Source: an uncultured Klebsiella sp. | Lineage (GTDB): Bacteria > Chloroflexota > Chloroflexia > Chloroflexales > Roseiflexaceae | Length of the DNA stretch: 64,000 nucleotides | NCBI GenBank assembly: GCA_964539815.1 | Contig: CAZIKU010000001.1 | Span: forward strand, 7,554-71,553 | Direction of reading: 5' to 3' | In this document: in pieces, positions 9,560 through 19,812 of the stretch | Numbering within the stretch: the first letter of the stretch is position 1 | Layout: each line of letters starts with the position of its first letter | The notes under the pieces: model-generated | What the model saw: only the letters and a program-made list of their open reading frames with translations | Database searches by the model: none | Told to the model about the DNA's origin: nothing | Position numbers and translations under genes: made by a program

Positions 9560-10779
9560 AAACCATGTTCCCGATACGTAGCTAAGAGATCATCAGCGAT
9601 TTTGCTGGCACGAAAGTCTTCGGCAAATGCTGGGCAACGTGCTTGTAATGTGCTGTAGCGAGCGAGTGCCCGTGTGATACCTGCTGCAAGCGACGCGGCA
9701 TCTTGCGGCTCGACCACTTCACCACAATCTGCGTCTTTGACGTAATCGCTCGCACCGGTGGTGCGCGTGACAACGGGAGGAGTGCCGACTGCGGTGGCTT
9801 CGATTACCACACGACTGAATGATTCTGCCACAGAAGGGATTACCGCTATATCACACCCCGCCATGTATTCTGCAGCTTGATGGTGCGCTACCCCGCCAAT
9901 TTGATGGACACGATCTGCCACACCGAGTGCCACCGCACGCTGTTGCAAGTACGCACCATAATCGCCGAACTTTGCAGTGCTCCGATTGCCACCCACAATG
10001 ACAGCATGCGCATCAATTCCTTGTGCGATGAGCGACGGTAATGCTTCGACGAGGTATTCTATGCCTTTGAACGGATGCAGCCGATTGAGGCTGAGTATCA
10101 ATGTTGCTTGTGGATTCCACCCATGACGTGCACAGATTTGGGCACGTGACGTGTGGCGAAACGAATCACTATCGACGCCATGTGGTGGGTATGTTGGTTC
10201 TGTAATGTTGTAGGGGATTGCGACGACATTACTCGGTGGTGCGTTATATGTTGCGACGACAAGTGTGGCTATCTGACGTGAATCTGCGCGTACAAGATTG
10301 GCATGACTAACAACCCAACGAACCGCTTGGCGTACAAACCAATTGCGTGCATACCCATAATCAAAGGCAGGAACGGCCATCACATCAGCACCGGGTAATG
10401 TGACAGCCACAGGTGTGTGATCGTTTCGCGCAAGCATGACAATAAGTCCGAGTGGAAATGAGGTTTCGATATGAATCAAGTCATAATGCTGGCGTGTCAA
10501 TAATACACGAAAGCCTTGCCATGCACCAAACAAATACGGATAACCCGTCAACCAGCCTAGTACACGGTTGGCTAATTTATCGAACAATGTGCTCGAGGTT
10601 GGAATATGCTGTACTGTGATGTCGTCCATGACGAACGTGCTGATTTGATGCTCGCGTGACGAGAGTGACGCAACGTGTGTCTCATGTCCTTGTGCATTCC
10701 AATGTGCAATCACTTCGGTGTGCATCAGGTTTCCCACGGCATCTTTGTCGTATCGTGGGATGCAATACAGAATCCGCAT
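9550..10779 (-). CDS. glycosyltransferase, GT4 family
   Basis: PSVAESFSRVVIEATAVGTPPVV (E-x7-E motif). The MRILYCIPRY N-terminus is typical of GT4. Confidence 0.85.
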   Translation of the reverse strand: MRILYCIPRYDKDAVGNLMHTEVIAHWNAQGHETHVASLSSREHQISTFVMDDITVQHIPTSSTLFDKLANRVLGWLTGYPYLFGAWQGFRVLLTRQHYDLIHIETSFPLGLIVMLARNDHTPVAVTLPGADVMAVPAFDYGYARNWFVRQAVRWVVSHANLVRADSRQIATLVVATYNAPPSNVVAIPYNITEPTYPPHGVDSDSFRHTSRAQICARHGWNPQATLILSLNRLHPFKGIEYLVEALPSLIAQGIDAHAVIVGGNRSTAKFGDYGAYLQQRAVALGVADRVHQIGGVAHHQAAEYMAGCDIAVIPSVAESFSRVVIEATAVGTPPVVTRTTGASDYVKDADCGEVVEPQDAASLAAGITRALARYSTLQARCPAFAEDFRASKIADDLLATYREHGLCK

Positions 10780-10822
10780 GAGTTATCCCTTAGTACTATT
10801 GATTGTAGTATATCATGGATTT

Positions 10823-12025
10823 TTAGTTTGTAAACGTATCGATGTAGTGTTGATAATACGAAAGCGTCTGATTGGCGACGATTTGTGGCGTATAGTGTGT
10901 GTTGACATGTGCCAATCCATTGATCTGTAGCGACATACGCAGTGTTGTATCATGCAGCACACGCAACACTGACGCAGCGTAGCCTGCCACATCGTCGTAT
11001 GCCACGAGCAATCCATTTACTTCATGCGATACCATCTCGTTGCCTGCGGCACAATCTGTGGTTACCACAGGACATTGCGCGGCCATGGCTTCGATGGGTG
11101 GGATCCCGAACCCCTCATAGCGACTTGGCGCAAGTAGGACGTGCGCTTCTTGGAGGAGTTGTACTTTGTGCGCTTCGTCTACTTTGGTTAGTACCTGCAC
11201 ATGTGCTTCCACTCCTAGTTCGTTTGCGAGCGCATGTAAATCCGATAATTGACTGGTATTGTGTGTAACCATGACAAGTTGTACATCTGGTTCTTGTGCA
11301 ACTATTGCGGGAAGTGCACGGATTGCCAAATCCCACCCTTTGCGCGGGACAAGCTGCCCAATGTACAGTACCATCGGGTGCTGACGCCGACTCCGCGGTG
11401 GAGCATCAATATACTGGTCGAACTCTACCGCATTTGGTACCACATGAATATTATCGGAACGGATACCGAGATCAACAAGAACACCTTTCTCGTGTTTTGA
11501 CAACGCCAGGATGCCATCGTAGCCGAGTAGTGGTGCATGGATGAGGTAGTTACGTACGCTGCGACGGGGATGTGCACGTTGCCGCAACACATTCCATAAT
11601 TGCCGAGTATTCAAGAGCAATTTTTCAGGAGTAAGCGGGTGTTCAAGCGGACGTTCGCGATCTACCACCAAATCACCGTCGTGGAGCATGCCATGAGGGG
11701 TGAGAATCATCGGTGCAACATCTCGCCATAATCGTTGTGCTTGGTATGCCAGCAAATGACGTAAATGATGTACGTGGATAATATCTGGGCGCGGTAGGGT
11801 ACGTGCAAGTCGCCACAAGTCATACGAGAAAAATCCGAACGTGCGACAACGATAGATAGTCAAATTTGTGGCAAATTGTTGTACTGATGGCATAGCTTGA
11901 TTATGCGCATACTCGATTGCACTTACGGTGTGTCCCATCCGTGCAAGTGTACGTGCAAGCACGAATTCTGGGCGACTGGGGTAGTGTGGATCGAATCCAA
12001 ATGTGGAAATCAGTACGATGTGCAT
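10823..12025 (-). CDS. glycosyltransferase, GT4 family
   Basis: PSRYEGFGIPPIEAMAAQCPVV (E-x7-E). I chose the start at the MHIVLIS ATG (12025), 1 nt after the upstream stop, instead of the ORF-track start at 12091. Confidence 0.85.
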   Translation of the reverse strand: MHIVLISTFGFDPHYPSRPEFVLARTLARMGHTVSAIEYAHNQAMPSVQQFATNLTIYRCRTFGFFSYDLWRLARTLPRPDIIHVHHLRHLLAYQAQRLWRDVAPMILTPHGMLHDGDLVVDRERPLEHPLTPEKLLLNTRQLWNVLRQRAHPRRSVRNYLIHAPLLGYDGILALSKHEKGVLVDLGIRSDNIHVVPNAVEFDQYIDAPPRSRRQHPMVLYIGQLVPRKGWDLAIRALPAIVAQEPDVQLVMVTHNTSQLSDLHALANELGVEAHVQVLTKVDEAHKVQLLQEAHVLLAPSRYEGFGIPPIEAMAAQCPVVTTDCAAGNEMVSHEVNGLLVAYDDVAGYAASVLRVLHDTTLRMSLQINGLAHVNTHYTPQIVANQTLSYYQHYIDTFTN

Positions 12026-12026
12026 C

Positions 12027-13130
12027 TTACCCTCGCGAACGAATGTTGTTGTACGTGGTTTCAACTCTATCTGTGACAGCATCCCAGGCAAATTGTTTGG
12101 CCCATATAGGTGCAGCTAGTGCCATGGCTGCTCGGAGCGTCGGATTTTGATAGAGTGTGTTGATTTGTGCAGCCAATTCATCGGGGCGTTGTGGTGTGAA
12201 AAAGAGCCCGGTTTGACCTTCTGCAACTACTTCTACAAAGCCACCAAACCGGGAAGCAATCACAGGTATGCCAGATGCTTGTGCTTCTACGAGTCCAATA
12301 CCGAACGTTTCGCTGGCATAACTGGTAGCAACAAGTGCGTGAAATTGTGCAAACAGCGTGGCAATTTCATGGCGTGGGCGTGAACCTAGGAATGTGACGC
12401 GTTGCCGAATACCAAGTGTATCAACTAATGCCTCGAGCGCTGCTCGATGGACACCATCACCAGCAATTGTCAACGTGGCATCAGGCACGAGTGCAATAGC
12501 GCGGATCGCAGTGTCGACACCTTTCCATGGCTGTAGTCGACCAACAAACAAAAGCTTAAATGGAGTATTGGGCAAATGAACAGGCGATACCGGTACGCTG
12601 AACAGCGATGTGTCAATGCCGTTGTAAACTACATCAATCGTAATAGGGTAGCGCTGTTTGACGGTATCTGCATTGAATTGACTGCAACTCACTGCACCAT
12701 CGACATGTGTCGCGAGCCACGTATCCCCCCGATAAAAATCCTCGCCGTGACATCCGAGGATGACTTTTGCTCCTGAAAGACGGGCTGCAATGAGTGCAGG
12801 GAGTAAATCGTATGGTTTTTGGATATGAATAATGTCGAATCGCTGGCGAATTAAATACCAAATGGCAAAAATAGCCATGCTGAGACGTTCGAGGAGTTTA
12901 CGTTCGGCATAGGCCCGGCGTAGTCCGGGGATCCACGCGAATGCGTCTCGATCGATATAGGGGAATGTCTTGACTTTGACATCTGTACTGTTTTCACGCA
13001 CAGACCCATTCCCGCCGACAACGGTGACATGATGGCCACGGGCAGCCAGATGATTGGCCAAATCCCACACAAAACTTTCGACTCCACCATATTTCGTTGT
13101 GTTGGTCAGATTGTATAATGCGATTCGCAT
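12027..13130 (-). CDS. glycosyltransferase, GT4 family
   Basis: TSYASETFGIGLVEAQASGIPVI (E-x7-E) and an N-terminal GGVESFV motif. ATGA overlap with the upstream flippase gene. Confidence 0.85.
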   Translation of the reverse strand: MRIALYNLTNTTKYGGVESFVWDLANHLAARGHHVTVVGGNGSVRENSTDVKVKTFPYIDRDAFAWIPGLRRAYAERKLLERLSMAIFAIWYLIRQRFDIIHIQKPYDLLPALIAARLSGAKVILGCHGEDFYRGDTWLATHVDGAVSCSQFNADTVKQRYPITIDVVYNGIDTSLFSVPVSPVHLPNTPFKLLFVGRLQPWKGVDTAIRAIALVPDATLTIAGDGVHRAALEALVDTLGIRQRVTFLGSRPRHEIATLFAQFHALVATSYASETFGIGLVEAQASGIPVIASRFGGFVEVVAEGQTGLFFTPQRPDELAAQINTLYQNPTLRAAMALAAPIWAKQFAWDAVTDRVETTYNNIRSRG

Positions 13131-14779
13131 CAGAGCACCCGCATCAAATATGCTTTGAATGGTAGTTTGAGTTTGAAGAGTTGGTCGCGATCACTCGTGT
13201 CGAGTCCACCACAAAGGCGTAACACGATGATGAATCCGATCAGACTGGCCATGCCAACAAGCGCATACCCCGGGATAAGCTGGAGCCGTGCGAGGATATC
13301 CATTGACACATTGGGGGTATTGATAACGGTATTACAAAGGTAAATGATGATACCCATCGCTGTAGTGGCCAATAGGACGCGTGCACTGAACTGCCACGGC
13401 CAGCTGAGATTGAGTTTGCGCCATCCCCAGAAGGTGACCCAGATTCCTGCGAGCACGCGTGCCGAGCCATAGGCGAGTGCTAGACCGGTCACGCCATACC
13501 AGTCTCCGAGCCACATGCCCAGCGGAATGACGATGAGTGTGAGCAGGCGACCAATGGTCACGATGGTCAGTTTTTCGTACACAATCATCACATTATGCGC
13601 AACGGTCAATAGACTCTCGAGAAATAAACAGGGCACGAGCACATATACCAGTGATACCGCGTCTGCGTACTGCGGTGTCAGAATTATTAGTGCTGGCTTG
13701 GCCAGAAGCATCAAGGCGACGCCGCCAGGGACGAGCAAGAGCAACTGGAGTCGCACAATAGAGGCAAACGCACCTTGAATGGTGCCCCCTTCGCCTGCAC
13801 GCACCCGGGTGAACAATGGGACGGTGACACCGACGAGTGGGGTGTAGAGATACGATAGCACCATGCCTACCAGCGATGCGCCAGCCCAGAGTATCGCTGC
13901 GTCACTTATACTACTCGTCAAATATATCGCAAACGATTTGCCAGCAACAAAATCCGTCATTGTCATCAAATACGATACACCCGTGTATTTGAGAAATCCC
14001 GTAGGAATCCACTGGGTGGATGTCGTCATTGCGGTGACAGTTGGCGTGTGACTCTCGCGCCATATGCTGATGACTTGCCATGTCGCCACGGCTACAGCCA
14101 ATGTGGGGGCAAGCGCTGAGGCAATCAGGATCCCAACAATACTCCAGCGCAGTGGTTCGTGCGTATAGTGTGCAACTAAAATAGCGATAACTGCCAGTAA
14201 TTGCGGTAACAATCCGGCGAGGAGCGTGATGCCATTCCATGCGCGCTGTTTAAAAAAACTGTTCAAATAGGCCATTAATACGTCATAACAGACACCCATG
14301 GTGAGCATGACGATGATGACAGTAATGAAAACCCACCCTTGCTGCTGCAAGAGGGCATGTAACAGCGTTTGCGCCGCAGCGTCGATACGCGTATCTGCAC
14401 TGATTCGGTCGCCGAGTGACCGTAGGTAGGATTGCTGTTGCACGGCCAAGCCAACGGCAATACCCAGTAATATAACTGCTTGAGCGATGAACACTGCGCC
14501 GATTAGGCGAATAACAGCTGAAGGGCCCCGCTGTTGCATCGTTTCTGGGATAAACTTGGGGAGTGCTCGGGTAGTACCCAAATCAATCCATGTACCAAAC
14601 GCAGACGCCGCACCACTTACCAGTGCCAGCATGCCATACGCCGCAATTGGCAATACCGTGAGCTTTAAGGCGGTGGCAGCTATTTCGGCCAGCATGCGCA
14701 ACGGTACAAAAAATGTATTCCATACCACAGCGCGTGATACTTGATGTGATAAAGTTGCTGGTTTGGGCGTTTCTGACAT
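13130..14779 (-). CDS. Wzx-like oligosaccharide/polysaccharide flippase (MOP superfamily)
   Basis: 549 aa with about 14 hydrophobic segments, embedded among GT genes. ATGA overlaps at both ends. Confidence 0.6.
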   Translation of the reverse strand: MSETPKPATLSHQVSRAVVWNTFFVPLRMLAEIAATALKLTVLPIAAYGMLALVSGAASAFGTWIDLGTTRALPKFIPETMQQRGPSAVIRLIGAVFIAQAVILLGIAVGLAVQQQSYLRSLGDRISADTRIDAAAQTLLHALLQQQGWVFITVIIVMLTMGVCYDVLMAYLNSFFKQRAWNGITLLAGLLPQLLAVIAILVAHYTHEPLRWSIVGILIASALAPTLAVAVATWQVISIWRESHTPTVTAMTTSTQWIPTGFLKYTGVSYLMTMTDFVAGKSFAIYLTSSISDAAILWAGASLVGMVLSYLYTPLVGVTVPLFTRVRAGEGGTIQGAFASIVRLQLLLLVPGGVALMLLAKPALIILTPQYADAVSLVYVLVPCLFLESLLTVAHNVMIVYEKLTIVTIGRLLTLIVIPLGMWLGDWYGVTGLALAYGSARVLAGIWVTFWGWRKLNLSWPWQFSARVLLATTAMGIIIYLCNTVINTPNVSMDILARLQLIPGYALVGMASLIGFIIVLRLCGGLDTSDRDQLFKLKLPFKAYLMRVL

Positions 14780-15642
14780 CAGGAATCTTTCGTGAGTGCA
14801 AGCTCGAACATGCCCACGTACCAGGCTCGTTGCACTTTGTAGGCAACATATTCCAGGCCAAGTGCGCGAAGGAGCGCACGAATTCGTTGTCGACTGCTCC
14901 TTTTGCTGACGAAGTGTCCGCTTTGCAGTGCGACTTCGTTCATATCGACAGTTGTGTACCCAGTCTGCTTGGCAAGTGCCACAAATTCTGGGTAGTCAAA
15001 GTAGTGCATGGTGCTGAGGCGTTGCATGTCGTTGAAGCGTGCGTTTTCTTTGCTGCGCCCACGGCGTGCAATATACCATTCTGCCAGAGCACGTGGCCAC
15101 CAGTTGATGCTCGGGATGTGATAATGCGGATCTATCCAGGCACGCCGATTGATAGCCGTCAGGAGCACGTGTCCACGTGGTTTCAGGACACGATGAATTT
15201 CACGCAGAACCTGTGTAGGATGTTGTACGTGTTCAAGGACATCCCAACAGACGACTGCATCAAATTGTGCGTCTGCAAAAGGTAAATTCTCACCTGCGGC
15301 ATTCACAATGGGAAGTGAGAGTTGATAGCGATCTGCACGCAGTTGAATGATTTCGCAGTACGGCATATTAAATTCAGAGACGAACACATGTGCCCCGTGC
15401 AATGCACTCGCTACGGCGAAGCCTCCCATGCCGGCACCAAGGTCGAGGATGCGCAACCCGCGTATCGACCCAACAAATTGTTCGATTTGTGCGATGCGTT
15501 CTGCTTGATAGCGTTCCTGGTAGAGACGGCGCTCACGCCATGTGGCATAGTCGCGGCGCCATGTCATATGTGCCAACCAAGGGTCGATGGCATCTGCTAA
15601 GGCATCGATCGAGTGTACAGCGGCTTGATCGAAATTATTCAT
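14779..15642 (-). CDS. class I SAM-dependent methyltransferase
   Basis: ILDLGAGMGGF motif I and FDAVVCWDVLEHV motif. 4-nt overlap with the upstream gene. Confidence 0.85.
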   Translation of the reverse strand: MNNFDQAAVHSIDALADAIDPWLAHMTWRRDYATWRERRLYQERYQAERIAQIEQFVGSIRGLRILDLGAGMGGFAVASALHGAHVFVSEFNMPYCEIIQLRADRYQLSLPIVNAAGENLPFADAQFDAVVCWDVLEHVQHPTQVLREIHRVLKPRGHVLLTAINRRAWIDPHYHIPSINWWPRALAEWYIARRGRSKENARFNDMQRLSTMHYFDYPEFVALAKQTGYTTVDMNEVALQSGHFVSKRSSRQRIRALLRALGLEYVAYKVQRAWYVGMFELALTKDS

Positions 15643-17984
15643 GGGATCACCAGTGGCGCGCGGTCAATGCGAATAATCCACAAATAGATTGCACTTGTAA
15701 GTGTATAGAGCATTGTAATTGTCACGAGGAGCTGACCACTCCAGCCACGCCGCCACCATTGACTTGCCACAATACCCCAGCAGACCATCATGGCCGGCAT
15801 CATATAAAAGATTTGCTTGTCAACCATCGGGAATCGATATCCTGCAAGCATGAACAATACCGACACACTAAACCACGCAGCAGCAAATGCCCAGAGAATT
15901 GGTTTTTTGGCTAGTAGCACAAACCCTGGGATGACGGTTATTATTGGGATGAAAATCCCGTAGTATAAATAGGGATTCAGCACGAAGTCGTAGCGTAGTG
16001 TGGTCACGAAATTCCACATATACACGGCAAAAGATTGCTGTGCCTCAGCAGTCGCGCCTGTATGCTCACTGTTCGGCTTGAGCAAATACGGAATGGTTCG
16101 TTCGATGATTGGTCCGATGTACTGCCCGTAGTAAATCAGTGTCGCAAGTGCGAGACCACCGTATACGACGAGTAGCATATACTTCACTTGGGCACGCAGT
16201 GGGTGATTGGGCATCAACCAGATGATGAGCACAAGGATAGTGACAAAGACGACGTGAAAGACCGCAGTGACGGTATAGATGAGCATTGAGACGATGTGCA
16301 GCCCAATCAGAATGCTGAACACCTTGCGATTGGGGAGTTTGTGCCCCCATGCCAACAATACCATGCTGGTCACGAGCGTCCACCACAATCCTGTGGTTGT
16401 CGGCGTATTGCCCCACGCATGCAGCAAGAACGTAACAGGAGTTACTGCATAGAGGAGTGCAGCGAGCAATGAAACTCGTTGAGTTAACCCACCGATGCGT
16501 GCAATGATTGCAATGAGCAATACACGTGACGCATCACCGATTGCATTGATAATCGTTGCGGATTTTTCGAGTGGCCATGGAAAAATGGCGAAAAGTAGCG
16601 CACTGAAGTGATAAAACGGAGAATAGGGAATCATTGGTCTGTTTTCGCCCCATTCCGTGATGGGCATCACCGATTCCGAAAATGCACCAGGGAGATAGAA
16701 TTTGGCGAAATCACCTGTTGATAGCATCTCACGCACCTTGTTCATGTGCCACTCAATGTCTATGGGGCGCATGATGGGATAGAGAATGCCACCACCTTTG
16801 AGCCAGATGCTGACAACAAAAAGTGCGATGAGTAGATTACGCATCTCTGGACTAAAGCTGAATATCTCATCACCCCACACAAATATGCGATAGCACAAGG
16901 GAATGAGCAATACGCTAACAGCAACTAATACTAGTAATTGTGGATACCACATTGCGAGATAGGCACGTTCCATACCCATTGCCATAATCAGCATTGTCGC
17001 GAACGTGATGCCTACACCGAGCATGGATAGCGACATCAAGTGTGCAGCTACAGCAATCAGGACAATAATGGCAATGACACTCGCTAACTGCCACGAAAGT
17101 GCGATGTCCCACCATGGTGTTGAAATAGGGGAAATGTGCATCGATGCCACGGCGATACCGAGTGTGCGTACGTCTTTGGCATTGCCACCCCATGTTGGGC
17201 TCTGCAGGTTGACGACCACATCGCCACGTTCGTGACCATCAGGTGGAATCAACATGTGATAGACACGAAATCCGGTTTGGGTGCTAGGAATCGTGCTAAT
17301 GAGCGCCTCATTTACCTGTACTTGTGCGGTAAATGGCTGATTATCGGGGTGTTGCACCAACATAGTGCTTTGTAAGTGCCACCATCCACCACCACTCCCA
17401 TAGAAATTAACCTTACCGTCGCCTTTGCTCCAGCGATACACGTTGGCATTGCTCAGCGATACGCGTGTGACCGTCAATGGGGGCGGAGTGAGTTTGTCAT
17501 CTGGGATCGTGGTGATACGGATAACCGACCCAGCATTCAATGTGATGGTGGTTGGAATGATGAATCCGAAATCTTGGAAACGACCGGTGTCTTTGGTGTC
17601 GAGAACACGCTTGTTATCAATAAAGACGGCGAGTAGTCGACGTGTGTACGCACTCGGTAATTCGTCGATAGTGAAGGTGATGGTGCGATATTTGGCTAAA
17701 TCTGGCGAATCTGGCACCGTGATGCGCCATTCGGCAGCATTGTACGGTACTGCCTCGACGTTGCGCGTTGGTTCGATAACGGCGTATTCACGGCTATGAA
17801 ATTCATCGAGCTTGAGGACCGTGCGTGGATACAAAAAATTAATCGTTTGACTGAGTCGCATGCTACTCAGAATGCCAAACAACAGACAACTGTATACGAT
17901 AATGATTCCGAGATGTCGAATCTGTATTTGTCGCAACCCGTTCATGGCCAACCCTTCAACGACTGTTACCTTGCCATTATACAC
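15639..17984 (-). CDS. large membrane protein: N-terminal anchor, about 270-aa ectodomain and polytopic core; GT-C-like (possible polyprenyl-phosphate-sugar-dependent transferase or polymerase)
   Basis: 781 aa. Hydrophobic anchor at about residues 25-45, then a beta-rich soluble region, then more than 10 TM segments. Loop motifs DIEWH...IPYSPFYH resemble the D...Y/YxP loops of GT-C families such as GT87. An alternative start at 17945 has better Shine-Dalgarno context. Confidence 0.5.
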   Translation of the reverse strand: MYNGKVTVVEGLAMNGLRQIQIRHLGIIIVYSCLLFGILSSMRLSQTINFLYPRTVLKLDEFHSREYAVIEPTRNVEAVPYNAAEWRITVPDSPDLAKYRTITFTIDELPSAYTRRLLAVFIDNKRVLDTKDTGRFQDFGFIIPTTITLNAGSVIRITTIPDDKLTPPPLTVTRVSLSNANVYRWSKGDGKVNFYGSGGGWWHLQSTMLVQHPDNQPFTAQVQVNEALISTIPSTQTGFRVYHMLIPPDGHERGDVVVNLQSPTWGGNAKDVRTLGIAVASMHISPISTPWWDIALSWQLASVIAIIVLIAVAAHLMSLSMLGVGITFATMLIMAMGMERAYLAMWYPQLLVLVAVSVLLIPLCYRIFVWGDEIFSFSPEMRNLLIALFVVSIWLKGGGILYPIMRPIDIEWHMNKVREMLSTGDFAKFYLPGAFSESVMPITEWGENRPMIPYSPFYHFSALLFAIFPWPLEKSATIINAIGDASRVLLIAIIARIGGLTQRVSLLAALLYAVTPVTFLLHAWGNTPTTTGLWWTLVTSMVLLAWGHKLPNRKVFSILIGLHIVSMLIYTVTAVFHVVFVTILVLIIWLMPNHPLRAQVKYMLLVVYGGLALATLIYYGQYIGPIIERTIPYLLKPNSEHTGATAEAQQSFAVYMWNFVTTLRYDFVLNPYLYYGIFIPIITVIPGFVLLAKKPILWAFAAAWFSVSVLFMLAGYRFPMVDKQIFYMMPAMMVCWGIVASQWWRRGWSGQLLVTITMLYTLTSAIYLWIIRIDRAPLVIP

Positions 17985-17996
17985 GGCAACGAACGG

Positions 17997-19790
17997 TTAG
18001 TCATGGAGATATGTCATGACACGTACCCACGCGGGTATATACATCACACAGAGCCATGCTGCAGTACTCGTCACTGCAAGGAGTTTGCCGGCACGACCTA
18101 TACGCCACATGTGTGTGAGTACCATCGCAGTTGGCAGTGCTAAAAATGGCACGACACTTATGCCCCAGCGTACGGTTTGCGTGTTGATGAGAAGCATGCT
18201 TGCAGAGAGGAGTGCTGCACCAACGCCTACGCGGACGACGGTACGATGGAGATGCGTGTTGAGCATGCCAATGCCGAGAAGTGCAATCAGCAAGAAGGCT
18301 GGCGGAATGACATTCGCAAGGCTGGCCATGCGCTGACCAAGGGGGATTACTGGCGGACAACCAGCGTATCCCGGTGCTTGACCAATCAACGCCGTATAGT
18401 TTGAGTAATACAAAAGCGTCAAACATATCGGAATCACGACGTATGGAAACATTCTATGCAGCGATAATTCACGTTTTTCATAGATGTTGAGTAAAACGAG
18501 AATGCCCAACATTATTACGAACGAAATGCTATTACCAGTATGTGCCAAAAGTGCTATTGATGCCAGTAGAATGCGCAGTCCTGTAGATGTACGCGGATCA
18601 AACCAACTAATGATTGCTATCGTTACGAGGCCGTGTGCGACCGCATTACTAATTTCGCCGGTATGGGCGGCACGTAGTAATGGGAAATTCATACTGGCAA
18701 GCACCACGAACCAAGCGTGCTGTAGTGGCATACGCTGAGCGGCGAATAATACACGCCCCATATACAATACGGCCACACCATTGACAACTATTGCACTTGT
18801 CAGCAACAGATACCGTATGGCATCAGGATGGGGCATTATCATGGCAAATGGTGCGAGTAGCACATACGCCATCGGAGGATACGGACTAATGTATGCGCCG
18901 GCTTCGCATGGTAACTGTGCGGTGAAAAGCAGTGAACCAGAAATGACTTGCTTGAGCATACGTACGTGCATGGCAATGTCTGAGGAGCGTAACCAGGGGC
19001 TCATCAACATAATCATTTGCATCAAACTTGTCATAATGATAATTTGTGCAACATGCCAACGTGTGCGATTGCGCCACCACAGTATGCCGCTGAGGAGCAT
19101 GCCTGACAACGTCAATGGCAATCCAATCGTCGTGTGAATGTGCACCCACTCTTGGAAGAAATAGTATGTACCAATGCTTAACAGAGCGCTAAAAACACTA
19201 ACGATTGGCATGCGCGTGAGTAACAACCAACTCCACCACAAGCAGACGACGAGCCACACAAACCCCAGCCCTGGCAGCATGCGTTGTAGCGGTGTAAGTC
19301 GGATCTGTGTAACGGCGATGCCTAATTGACGTGAATCATTTGCTGGTTGAAACGTATCAACGGTACTTGCAACCGTTGGGGAGTCGCTCTTGCTAGACTG
19401 CACCAACACATGGTACACACGAGCAGTGGTTTGAAATTGATGCGTGCCAATATTTGGCGAATGCCAGTGTATTGGCACAGACGGTGACGAGTTGCGCCCT
19501 GATGCATCGATGTGCAAAGAGGCGATCCACCAGCCAAATCCAGCATGCGGCCACGCGATATGCCAATCTGCGTGACTCCAGCGCAAGGCTGGGCCTTGTG
19601 ATGGAGTCCATGGTTGTGGTTCTGATGGCCAAAATCCAGTCAGGTATGGTGTGTCGTATTCGCGCAGGCCAGACTGGCGGTCGCCACCGATGTCAACGGT
19701 AACAGACTGAGGAATGTGCCCAAACATCCACGTTGCTAATGCAATATATACAAGCAAGACGGCGTATGGATGTTGTGTGACACGTTTCAT
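17997..19790 (-). CDS. large membrane protein, paralogous architecture to 15639-17984 (anchor, ectodomain and polytopic GT-C-like core)
   Basis: 597 aa. Shares DSRQLGIAV (versus DVRTLGIAV) at the end of the ectodomain. Also shares the DIAMH...SPYPPMAY loop motifs with its neighbour. Confidence 0.5.
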   Translation of the reverse strand: MKRVTQHPYAVLLVYIALATWMFGHIPQSVTVDIGGDRQSGLREYDTPYLTGFWPSEPQPWTPSQGPALRWSHADWHIAWPHAGFGWWIASLHIDASGRNSSPSVPIHWHSPNIGTHQFQTTARVYHVLVQSSKSDSPTVASTVDTFQPANDSRQLGIAVTQIRLTPLQRMLPGLGFVWLVVCLWWSWLLLTRMPIVSVFSALLSIGTYYFFQEWVHIHTTIGLPLTLSGMLLSGILWWRNRTRWHVAQIIIMTSLMQMIMLMSPWLRSSDIAMHVRMLKQVISGSLLFTAQLPCEAGAYISPYPPMAYVLLAPFAMIMPHPDAIRYLLLTSAIVVNGVAVLYMGRVLFAAQRMPLQHAWFVVLASMNFPLLRAAHTGEISNAVAHGLVTIAIISWFDPRTSTGLRILLASIALLAHTGNSISFVIMLGILVLLNIYEKRELSLHRMFPYVVIPICLTLLYYSNYTALIGQAPGYAGCPPVIPLGQRMASLANVIPPAFLLIALLGIGMLNTHLHRTVVRVGVGAALLSASMLLINTQTVRWGISVVPFLALPTAMVLTHMWRIGRAGKLLAVTSTAAWLCVMYIPAWVRVMTYLHD

Positions 19791-19812
19791 ATGCTGCTCG
19801 TAATTCGTGCGA

